A stretch of 64,000 nt of DNA, taken from contig JBHGNT010000001.1 in assembly GCA_043228905.1 (NCBI GenBank), positions 26,474,001 through 26,538,000 of the forward strand. The letters run 5' to 3'. This DNA is from Azolla caroliniana (taxonomy: Eukaryota; Plantae; Polypodiophyta). The notes beneath the pieces were generated by a model. That model had not been told where the DNA came from and did no database searches. It saw only the letters and a program-made list of their open reading frames with translations. The translations under genes were made by a program, and so were the position numbers. Shown here in pieces: positions 23,927-34,812 of the stretch (its first letter is position 1; the number at the start of each line of letters is the position of its first letter).

Positions 23927-26900
23927 GGTAGGAAATTTTGGCTCTCCGACAACGGAGGTTGTACATTAACTGGAATCAATAGCAAGGAGAAGAAGAAGGT
24001 GGAGGAGCGGCTCAGGTCATGCGGGGCTCTCCATCCCGATGAAGAAATTAGCGGTGCCGTGGAGGCGGTGTCGTTTGATGACACCTTGCATGAGCTGTGT
24101 GGCGTAGTCGATGAGGGCCTTAGCGAAGACCGGATGATTCCAGTCAGCTTAGTGGAAATGTATGAGGTCATCGCGGACTTTGGGGAAAGGATCAAGTCGG
24201 ATCGGATGGCCTGCGTAAGTACGAAGTACAAGACTGTGGATCGGAAGGTGAGGCCCGTCGCGACACCCTTGCCGGAGGGCAACGAGAAGCATATAAAGGG
24301 GGTCGCGTCGGACCCAAGTTTACGGAATCCGGCCGACATAGGACACCGGTTCACCGACATAACGCTCAAGGTTGGTGGGGGTGGGTTTCTACTGCCGGCG
24401 GAGGAGGACCGGTTTTGGAGAATGCTTGGAAGGCACAGGAAAGCCTTTGCATTCTCGCCGGAGGAGATCGGGTGCGTAGACCCGACGATCGTAGAACCAA
24501 TGGTGATCTTCACGGTACCGCATGCACCGTGGAATCTCAAACCGATTCCGGTACCTAGAGCCCACATCCCGAAGCTGATGGAGCTACTGAAACAGAAGGT
24601 GGAGATGGGCATCCTCGAACCGTCGAGTGCCCCATATTCGAATTGGTGGTTTACCGTGCCAAGGAAGAACGACACAGTGCGCTTCATACAGGACTTGCAG
24701 CCGGTCAACAAGGTGACCATTCGAAACGCAGGTATCAGACCGACCATTCATGAGTTCGCGGAGGTGTTCATAGGGAGGTCGATCTACTCGGTCGGGGATC
24801 TGTACTCAGGGTACGATCAGTTCCAACTAGCCGTAGAGAGCAGGGATGTCACGATGATGCAGACTCCTCTTGGCCTAGTTCGGATGTGTACCCTACCGCA
24901 AGGGGGAACGAACTCGGTGGCGCACATGGTGAATGCGATGAACAAGGTGTTGAGGGACTGCATCCCGATGAAAGGATGTCCGGTGGAGGACAAGGACGAG
25001 TTGGTCGGGCCCGACGGTCGCCAGAGGTTCGTGACGGATCACATCCGCGACTACGAGAAGGTGCTACAACAATCAGCCTTTGGACAGCCGGAGATCCTGG
25101 TAGTCGGACACTTGTGCGGGCCTTACGGCCAGAAGCCGTCCGCGGCGAAGGTAGAAGCCATCTCCGCAATGAAGGATGATTGCGGGTCGGTCACGGATGT
25201 CCGAAGGATCCTGGGGGCATGTGCGTTCTATCACATCTGGATTCCGCACTACGTGCATGTTGCGGAACCGCTTTACGAGTTATTAAAGAAAGGGCGCTGG
25301 TTCGAATGGAGGACGGAGCACACGGAGTCTGTCCGGAGACTAAAGGAGGCACTCTCCGCGGCACCGGCTCTCCGGAAAGTGGTTTACGGCAAGGAAGTCC
25401 CCAATTACGTGACAGTGGACACGAGCCCAACCGGGATCGGATGGGTGATCAATCAGGAAGACGAGGATGGCGTATGGTTCCTGATTCGGTTCGGAGCAAA
25501 GGTATTGAGCGAGCGGCAGCGAGGATACGCCCAAATTAAGCGCAAGCTATGGGGTATTGTTTCGGCAGTCAAGGCCGACAAGGACTATCTGATCGGGGCA
25601 GAAATGATCATCGAGACAGACTGCCTACCGATTTTGGGTATGGTTTCCGGATGCGCGACTCCGGACCTGGCGATGCTCAGGTGGATTGCGTACATCAAGT
25701 CCTTGAACCCGGAGATACGGCACATCTCCGGAAAGGATAATGCCATGGCCGATATGCTTTCAAGGGCGTGGTTCAACGACGAGGACGACATGGTTTCGGA
25801 TAACGAAGAAGTTGGCGAGGACTTCTTCGGGTCAGCTAACGTGGCAACTGGGACGGGGAGCACTCCGACGCTTAACGAGTTCGACGAGAGGGAATACGAC
25901 AGGGAGTGGCTCCAAATAGGAAGGTTCCTGCAGACGATGACGCTGGACATGACGTGGACTAGAGAAGAGGCCAATCGGGTGCGGAAGAAGGTGTACCGAT
26001 TCTTTCTACGAGGAGGAGGCATGTGGAGGCATCCGAAGAAGCGTAGCGGCACCCCACTCCGCATGGTGGCGAGGGAAGACGAGTAGAAAGCGTTGCTTAC
26101 GGCATTTCACGAGAGTCCCTAGGCCGGACACCGCGGGACGTGGGCCACATTTGAGAAGCTCAAGGGTAAGTATTGGTGGCCGGGGTTGTATCGGGACGTG
26201 CATCATTTTGTGACAACCTGTAAGAATTCCCAGATGTACTCTACAGTCCGGCATCGAGACGAGCTTCATCCAACTACCGTCAACTTCAAATGGATGTTGG
26301 ATTTAGTGACTATGCCAATGGGGGTAGGACAAATGCGATATCTGGTGCTGGCTCGGGAGGACCTGACGAACCAGGTGGAAGGCCGAGCATTGCAGAACAA
26401 AACAACGTGGCCGTGTGCCGATTTCTGATCGAAGAAGTGGTGTGCCGGTATGGGTGGGTAGGAAAGATCGTGGCTGACTGCGGAGAACTAGACGCGCAAG
26501 AGGCTGAAGAGCTGTTTGACCGACTGGGGGTCAAACTCTCCCTCACTACGGCGTACAATCCGGAGGCCAATGGGAGGGTAGAGCGTGGTCACGAGCCCAT
26601 TGTGAAGGCATTAGTACGTGCATGCGAAGGACAGGTCGGGAATTGGCCGCGACTCCTTCCTTATGCACTATGGGCAGATCGAACTACGCACAGTTCGGTG
26701 ACGGGGTTCATGCTAGTAGAGCTGATGTACGAGCAACAACCAATCATGCCGACAGAGAAAACGATCACTTCGTGGGCCGCGATGGACTGGAAGGACGAGA
26801 TGAGCCGGGAAGAGTTGCTGGCAGCAAGGATTCGACAATTCGAGCGCAGACCGGAAGACGTGGAGCGGGCGAAGGAAAGGCTGCGTACAACACGAGAAAA

Positions 26901-27150
26901 GAAGAAAGGTCGGTTCGACCGTACTCACCGACTGAGGCCGAGGAAGATTGAGGAAGGTGACTGGGTGCTGGTGTACGACAACAACCTCGACAATCAGCAC
27001 AAGGCGGTGCGTAAGTTTGCGAGGAGGTGGTTCGGGCCCTATGCGGTAATGAGTGTGAATGACAACGACACGTACCATCTCGCGGAGCTCGATGGGATAC
27101 GGATGGCGATGCCGATAGCAAGAAAAAGGGTCAAGGTATTCAAGAAGTAG
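23927..27150 (+). pseudogene. pol: pol (RT-RH-INT) of Gypsy C; catalytic YxDD segment deleted in frame
   Basis: 695-aa ORF with RFIQDLQPVN, DLYSGYDQ, LPQGGTNS, VDTSPTGIG, ETDCLP, NAMADMLSR; integrase in 26100-27150. Confidence 0.92.
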
Positions 27151-27307
27151 CAAGAGGAAGAACCAGACCCGGCATGCGCGACTGATGATGACAACCGGCT
27201 CGAAAAGAATGATGATTCGAGCAGCGACGGGTGATAGCGGGCCGGTTTTCTCCGGCAAGTGTTGTATCTGGCGCGTACCGGTGGACGCACGGTTTGGTGG
27301 GTGTGGA

Positions 27308-27955
27308 TGTCGTGGAGAAAACCGTCCCTAGGAGGAAACGAGAGAAACCATGCACAAACCGGCCCTTCCATGTGTGGGCGTGTGAATTGATAACTTGTAC
27401 ATAATTATGTGTAGGGCGGTTGATGTAAATATACTAGGTGCGACACATTTATTAGGAAATCGATGCGTATCTCTGTCCGAAGGGACAGAGAATAACGTAA
27501 TGTGATTGTGACTGAAGGAGAACAGAATCTCCCCAACGACCTATATAAGGAAGAAGAGAAGGAAGAACAGGGCATCGTGTGTTAGCGAGGACGAAGTGCT
27601 GTCAGACCGTGTATTGAGCTCTCTCTCTCCTCCTTCTGTTGTCATTCTCTGCGGGTTTTGGAGATCGTCGCCTCTGCTTTGTGGACAGCCTGTGCGCTTC
27701 CATCAGAGGCCCTCCCTTCGCGTTTTTGTGCTTGGCGTGTGTGTGGGTGGACTCCCGTGTTGGGTCCGTTGCCAGTGTGCCGGTTGTAATCGTTTTTGGT
27801 GTTATAATCGAATTGTTCTGTTTTCTCTCTCTCTCTCTTTCACTGTGTTCAGCAAAAACGCTCTCTCTCTCTCTCTCTCTCCTCTCTCACGCTCCTTGGT
27901 TTAGGGCCCCCGCGGTCCCGTCTCTTTTCACCCACGAAAGCGTAGTAACACGACA
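27308..27955 (+). repeat. 3' LTR of Gypsy C
   Basis: Direct repeat of 6388-6690 + 15895-16242. Confidence 0.92.
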
Positions 27956-28689
27956 ACGTTTCGACAAGTCGACTTCGACTCGGCTCCAGTTGTCTACAAC
28001 GATAGTCAGGGTGTTGTTGCTTTGTCAAAAAATCCGGTTCACCACCACGCCTCCAAGCATATCGATGTTCAATATCACTTTGTTCGGGACTGCGTCATTT
28101 TAGGGAAAATCCGTCTCGAGAAGATATCCACAACCGATAATGTCGTAGATGGAATGAACAAGTGTCTTTCGGCGGATCGCTTCCGGTCCCTTCGGCACTA
28201 GATGGGCATAACGAAAAATCGGTCCGGTTAAAGTTGTACACACAGCACAGGATGGTTTCGGACAACCGACATCAGTTCCTTGAGGATCGACTTCAACTCT
28301 TCCAACCCGATCGGTTTGGTCTTCTGTCTTCAGATCTTGTCGACTCGAACAAAACCGATCTGTCCGATAAACCTTGTATATACCTGTAATTTCAGATAAC
28401 CCATGTATAAGCCCATTACGGGGGAGTGTCGAATACGAGTGTATAATGGCCGTATTCACACAGTCCCTTTGGACAACCCAAGTTTGGGCTATTTCTGTAA
28501 ATAACATAAAGGGTAGTTGCCCTAGGATAGTCACTATATAAAGTGACTTTGTAACCTTTAGTGAAGGGTGGGGGGTCATTTGTAATTGTTGCTATTAAGA
28601 AATAAAACGTTTTTCCTTGTGCCTATCTTTGTGTGTGTGTGTGTGTGTGTATCGTGTTCATTCTCATACACAGGTCCTTCAACATCACA

Positions 28690-29640
28690 GATGTTGTTTG
28701 TTCTTCCGTACTGACGACCTTGTCCCCAACATTAGAAATAGAAGTAAAAAGAAATACAAGTCTAGGACAAATATCACTCTCACAATCTTGATACATTGAT
28801 TATATTCTAAAACGTTTTAACATGGAACATTGCAAACCCACTTAAGTTGTCCATTGAAGATAGCCCAAATTCACTCATAAAAGAAATTGAAATGGAAAAC
28901 ATTCCCTATAGACAAGTAATAGGCTCCATACGATATCTAGTTAGTAGCACGAGACCAGATTTATGCTTTAGCACAGGATTACTATCACGCTTTATGACAA
29001 ACCCTGGCCCCAAACATTGGCAAGCACTGAAGAGAATTCTTCGATATCTTAAACATACTAAACACTTGTGTCTTACTTTTCAATCCATGCATTCGGAGTC
29101 AATCCAACCAAAATTGTGTGGATGGGCAAACCCCTCAACTGCTATTCATGATGGACCGATGCTGATTGGGGAGGAGATGTGGATGACCGAAAATCCAGAA
29201 GTGGCTACGTCTACACCTTTGCTGGAGGAGCGATTGCATGAAGATCGAAAAAACAAGCTATGGTTTCACTATCTTCGACAGAAGCGGAATATGTTGCTGC
29301 TACCCTAGCTACAAAAGAAGGAATTTGGCTAAAAGCCATATTAGAAGAAATAAATTTTCCTAAAGAAGAACCAATAGAAATCTATTACGACAATCAGTCA
29401 TGCTTAAAGTTGGCAAGCAACCCAAGAATTAGCGACAACATACGTCACATATATTTCAAGCACCACTTCTTAAGAGACATGATTGAAGAAAAGAAGATCA
29501 ACATAAAGTTTATGCCATCAACTTTGATGTGGGCAGATTTCTTAACAAAGCCAGTAGCAAGTCATAAACATCTACAATGTTGCAAAAACATCGGACTACT
29601 CAATCATACAGAAACCAAAGATAAAAGCCTAGAAATTTGA
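28690..29640 (+). pseudogene. pol: Copia1 RT tail and RNase H
   Basis: ISLSQ..YIDYILKRFNM, PYRQVIGS..TRPDL, HWQALKRILRYLK, VSLSSTEAEY, DNQS, ADFLTKP. Confidence 0.9.
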
Positions 29641-29660
29641 TTATTTTCCTTAGGGAGGAG

Positions 29661-29862
29661 TGTTGGAAAATATAACGAAAAGAATAAAATTGTAAAATAA
29701 TTAAAATAAACAGTTATGACTCCTGATACGAAGAGTCACATGTATCCTATATGAAAACATCACACGCCTCTCTCTAATTGAGGAGAGAAGAGCAACAGGA
29801 AATCTAAAAATCAGAATTCATCCTTCTTTCTTTCTCTATCTCCCTGTCTCTGTTTCTCTACA
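29661..29862 (+). repeat. 3' LTR of Copia1
   Basis: Direct repeat of 3406-3607 preceded by a PPT. Confidence 0.93.
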
Positions 29863-30463
29863 GAAGCACCATCACACCCCGATGCCCAGGACATCTCCAT
29901 GAAGCTCAACATCAACACGGTGACGAATGCTAGTATCTGGAGGAAGTTGTGTCTGTTTGCAACGGGCGAGAAGCACTTCGAAATTCCTCCATCCAACGAA
30001 CTGGAGAAGTATTTTGGACAATATTCGACATCTGCCAAGGCCTACAGAACAAAGAAAATCCCGAATCCATTTTTTCGGGAGATTGCAAAGTTCTTGCTGG
30101 AAGGGTTTAGGGTTTATCATCGACACATTCAAAGGTTGCTCAATAGATTGGGGAGTAATTACGAGACAGGCACTATGAGAGGGACTTCATGCATACCAAC
30201 CCGGGAAAAAGGTAAGGCTGATCATTCAATAGTACCTTACGATACTATTTCCACCGCGTGGACTCCCCGCCCCGCCGACTAGCAAACGTACGCCCCCGCC
30301 ACAATTTGCGAAACGACGGCTAGCGGAATTGGCAACCACGGAATGGGAAGAAGAACCACAACCTTCTCACTTCATCGTGGAGCCAACACAGCCGGAGCAA
30401 CCAACAGAGGCTGTTGAAGCACCAACAACAATGGGTGAGCAGGAACCAGAACACAACCATGGA
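29863..30463 (+). pseudogene. Middle piece of the extra 3' ORF of element A
   Basis: TVTN..FEIPPSNELEKYFGQYSTSAKAYR..FREIAKFLLE aligns with TVTN..VEIPPHATLKEYFGMYLMSGKAYR..FGEITRILME in element B. Confidence 0.75.
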
Positions 30464-30958
30464 TGTTGTCCATAGGCCAAAAATATAAATACATTATGTA
30501 AACTCGCTGGTAGGTAGAATAGTAGGTGAGGAAATAGGTAGAACTAGAAATAGTGGAGTTTTTAGCCCTCACAATCAGTCGATGGCTCGGCTCTGTCTGA
30601 AGAGGAAAACTATATAACCCGAGATATGCATACCTCAAAGGAGGGGGATATAGATTATTTAGGAAGATTACTATCGTAGCACTGAGCTTTGCACAACCTG
30701 TTTCGGGCCGAGCGCCGTGTACTGCAATCGTTGTGAGCTTTTCATTTAATATAAATCTTGCTCTTTCTGTTCCTTCATCGGTGTATTTTCCCTGGTACTC
30801 GCAACCGAGCTACGTCTATGCCTAAGGGGTTGTAGCCCGTGCACGCTCCTCGTTCTCATATCGTCTTCTCAGTGTAAAAGAGGCTTCCACGTAACACGAT
30901 CCCTTGATACCGATAGCCTGTGGGCTCATCGAAGGTGTTTCCCTAGAAACGGTTAACA
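30464..30958 (+). repeat. 5' LTR of Gypsy B
   Basis: Direct repeat of 41287-41781. Confidence 0.9.
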
Positions 30959-30963
30959 CAATT

Positions 30964-30976
30964 TGGCACGCTCGGT
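30964..30976 (+). promoter_or_regulatory. PBS for tRNA-Arg(UCU) (Gypsy B)
   Basis: TGGCACGCTCGGT, 12/13 match to the tRNA-Arg PBS TGGCACGCCCGGT. Confidence 0.7.
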
Positions 30977-33633
30977 TACAGCTGTAAGGTCACAACCAAC
31001 TACGTAGGAGGCAAACCCCAGCCGCCATTACGGCGCTCAATTGCATCACATGATCTCGGCCCCCTGCCCGACGCCCTGAGCCAGTCAAAGGAACTTCCGA
31101 CTCGGCGGTCACTGAGCAATCTTTCCAGGACCTATCGGAGGCTCACCGGTTGCAATCCTCGCCACCCGATACCCAGTCGCGAGTTGATTCCGCACCAACC
31201 TCCCCGCCAAGCCCCCAGAGGTCACCCAACCTGATCCTAACCCTTTTCCGGCTTTACCTGAAGACCCGGATCTCGATACCATGCCTTACCCTTACCCACG
31301 AATACAGACGGCCCCGATGCGGAATCACACACTCGTGCTTTTGTGTCCACATGGCAGGCCAACCACTTGACGCAGCGGTTATTAGTTGCCGAAATCGAGG
31401 CCTCCAAAATCGCGGAATTTACTCTATCCCTTGATTGACCGACTGCTCAATGGTATTCCCGCTTCGACTTGGGGGAGGTCACAATGTTCCAGGAAGTCCA
31501 AACAAAGTTTCTAGAATTATTTCACCGCGAAGTTCCGAAGCGTGAACTACTCCGACAGTTCTTTTCCATGAGCCAAGAACCTCACGAGCCAGTCGCGCAG
31601 TTCACGATCCGTTTTCAAGATCTCTACCGACAACTGGCCGATGATGTTTCCGCTCATCACATTCCGGATACCTTCCTTTCTAGCCTACGGGAGCCTCTAC
31701 GGATGACTCTCGCACTTACCAATTTCTCGAACCAGACAATCGAGCAAGTCATCGCATGCGTCCTTGCCATTGATCGGACACAGCATACCACGGCTTTCTC
31801 CATGGGCTCTTTGCAAAGCACTCTTCCTTAGGAGGACAACCGGTTTCGACAAGCCCTCCAATGCACAGCCTATTCGGGCTCAGGCCATCTGGCTCTCGAG
31901 TGCCCTCACCGGCCACATTGTCCAATCTGTCAGTCCCGATCCCACACGGTCGAACAACGCGAATACAACATGCTCAACCGCACAACGACGACTCCAGTTC
32001 GCCAGATCGAGCCTCGAAATACTTACTCACGGCAAGATGAACGTCAAATACCGCCATCGGGAAAACGAGCGACCACGATCCCCAGATCGTCGGCACTGCG
32101 ACGACGACGACCGCTACCGGCATGACAACCACAGGAGATCGGATGACCGCCATGACCAAGATCGTGATGACCAACATAGAGCAAACGATGAGTATGACTG
32201 GTACGACGATGACCGGGATGACCAGTATGACCAACGGTATTCCCGAAACGATAGAAGAAAATCTTATAGAGATTCGCAGAACAATCGACGGCAGAACAAC
32301 AATCATCGTCGAGAACCCCCTCCAAACGTCCCACACAATGTGCCACGGGCCAACACGCCTACACAAGCGGCCGGGAACCACTCATAACCTTTCCCACACA
32401 CTGAGCACGGTGACACCAACAACTCGGTATCCGTTACCTGCTTTAAGTGTAACCAACCCGGCCACTACGCTACCCAATACCCAATGCGGCAAGGCCCCGA
32501 CCGTGAATACTATTATGGCTGATGTTCAACACGTCAATACACATAGCAAGACCCAAGCCAACCAATGGCAAGAACAAGATGACGTTCGACAAGCAGCCAA
32601 GGAATGAATTGAGATTGCCAATAAAAGCAACGTGGAACGGATGCACAAAGAGATGCAGGACGTGACCATCGGCGCACCACTGCTAGCAGGACCATTCACC
32701 GCGGCAGAAGATGACCATATGTGGGAAGCCCTTACCAGTTCTAGGATCTCGCTACCATTGCATAAGCTTTTACCACTCATGCTGTGCTTTCGGGATACCA
32801 TAGCTACGCTCACGACTAACGACAAATCAGTCGCACCCCCTATTAACCTGACAGAGCCAGAGACGGGCCCACCCATCATGGATTCCTAGAATCCACCCAT
32901 GAAAATCATGATTAAAGGACGCGACCTTCATGGATGCATAATCGACGATGGCTCTGGTGTGAATGTCATCAGCAAGGCCACATGTCACACACTTGGCCTG
33001 AACCAATGGGAACCTTGCCCCTTTTGGCTTCGGATGGCCGATACGCAATCGGTTCGCCCCATTGGGTTAATCCGCCACCTTGATTTCACGTTAGGCGGCC
33101 ACATGTTCACTATCTTGGTAGTTGTGTTATGCCTCGAAGCTCTGGGCACTTACCCAATGCTACTTGGCCGACCCTGGCTGCGCACAACAAATATTAAACA
33201 ACATTGGCAGTGGAATATGATCTCTTTCTGCCGGGGGAAGAGCAAGGTATGGGTAATAATAGAAGAACGCCTAACCACGCCCCACAACACCACCCCCTTA
33301 TACGCGGAAGGGGTACACATGCTCGACGGCTTAGCCGACGAGGAGGTGGATGACTTCCTGGAAGATCATCCCACTATCATACCCCTCTTCGAAATAAACG
33401 CCACGTTGGGTTTCGGCACTCCACCAGACGAGGATGTCACGATAGATTCATTTCCCTAGGACGAGGCCGATTCCACAACTATCGCGGAATTACGACAAGC
33501 TCGGGAAGCGTTTGAATGAGAACTCACCATCTCCCAGTGAGTCAAAGCATCAACGCTCGAGTCACTGAACCTTGGCTCCGACAAGAACCCACGTACTCTA
33601 CAAATCGCTAATAACTTACTAGCTGACGAACGG

Positions 33634-34812
33634 TGTTGTGAAGATTTTCGGCAATGGTGTGAAAATCACATAAAACGTACGAAGTCGAGTGTGATTCATA
33701 TAAAACAATAATAGTGAAGATACTTATTTTAAGTAAGTTTAATATCTTAGTACAAAAAGATGGAGGTCTTGAAGAGCTTTCGGATGCACTTTACTACATA
33801 AGAAATTGACATCTAAGTGTCAACTTATGTGGGTAGGAGGTTTGCAAAGACAAAGAGAAAAATAAAATTGTGAGGTATCCCACAAAGACAGGAAATAAGG
33901 ATCTCACCATATATAAGGTAGAGCAAAAGATATTATCTTTGTGTCTATGTGTGGAGCATAGAGAGTTCAAGGCGACTTGAACTAAGCTACTGGATGAATG
34001 GGTGTGGTCTGGCTACTTGCAAAGGTTTTGGCCAACCAAAACCGCACCGACGACGGAGCCGGTAAGCCGGCTGCAATCGGCAATCGGCAACGTAACCGAC
34101 ATCCGGCGACGGAACTGGATGACATCCGGCATTTGGTGACCGAACGGTAAGCAACGTTCGACGACGGAACTGGGATCCGGCGACCGAACGGTAACCAGCG
34201 GCTAGATGGATAAATAAATAAATAAATATTTATACATATACACAAGGAGGGAAAGTAAGGATTTGAACCTTGCACCTCCAAGTTGAGCGTGAATAAACTT
34301 ACCACTAAGCCAACACATTTTCTTGAAATTATATTTTTATCATTATAAGTTTACATGTAAATTCTCACACATGAGAGCTAAAATGAGTGACATGGTTATC
34401 ATGCACCACATGTAATACATGAGCGCCAAATGGCAAACATGCATTTTATGCATGTCTTCTACCCTCAAATGCATGAGGACATCTATAAAAGAGGGGAGGA
34501 AAAAGATGAAGGGACTAATGTAAATTTTTTGGATCAAGCAAGCTTTGTACTTTAAATCAAAATTAATATTAAGAAGAAAATTCGTTATCCAATTGATGTA
34601 TTAATCTTGTTCTTCAAATCTAAAGTCAAGAGTTCAATCTTCATCTCTCTCTCAATAAAAAATCAAGCGTTCTATCTTATCTCGATCTCTCTCTCTTTCA
34701 ATCTAACCTAAATCCTTTCTCGCTAAAGCTAGTAAAAACTTCGAGTCCTTCCGGTCCAGAACCTCGGCGGTTCCGCCTCACGATCCGCATGTAGTGACGG
34801 ATCTTCACGACA
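33634..34812 (+). mobile_element. Solo LTR E2 (same family as E1), between PR and RT of B
   Basis: TGTTGTGAAGAT..ATCTTCACGACA, TSD ACGG/ACGA, collinear with 6735-7833. Confidence 0.85.
34259..34312 (-). promoter_or_regulatory. tRNA-type Pol III A and B boxes within solo LTR E2
   Basis: Minus strand TGGCTTAGTGG and GGTTCAAATCC, starts 43 nt apart. Confidence 0.6.

Larger units (their letters stand above)
6388..27955 (+). mobile_element. Gypsy C: tRNA-Trp-primed LTR retrotransposon, ~650-bp LTRs, 4-bp TSD
   Basis: 5' LTR split as 6388-6690 + 15895-16242; 3' LTR 27308-27955; TGTCG..CGACA ends; TSD ACGT/ACGT; PBS TGGTGAACCCGACGTGA at 16248. Confidence 0.92.
6345..28684 (+). mobile_element. Copia remnant H (RNase H C-terminus plus LTR-like tail); own sequence 6345-6387 and 27960-28684
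   Basis: Removing element C gives WLGRLAHT|FRQVD..VYNDSQG..KNPVHH..SKHIDVQYHFVRD..DNVVD. 28230-28684 has a TATA, AATAAA, (GT)n and ends CAACA. Possible TSD TCACA (6340-6344/28685-28689). Confidence 0.6.
3406..29862 (+). mobile_element. Copia1: Ty1/Copia LTR retrotransposon with 202-bp LTRs, inflated by ~22 kb of nested insertions; most of RT deleted
   Basis: LTRs 3406-3607 and 29661-29862 (TG..CA, 2 mismatches), TSD GAAGA/GAAGC, PBS 3608-3619, PPT AGGGAGGAG 29652-29660, gag-PR-INT-(RT)-RH order. Confidence 0.93.

Noticed and set aside
17001-24747. Long antisense ORFs (17001-17900, 23893-24747) and similar shadow ORFs elsewhere
   Set aside because: They lie opposite GC-rich gag/pol sequence and show no recognisable motifs.
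31764-32387. Asp/Arg-rich ORF as a separate gene
   Set aside because: Low-complexity linker between zinc knuckles in the gag of element B.
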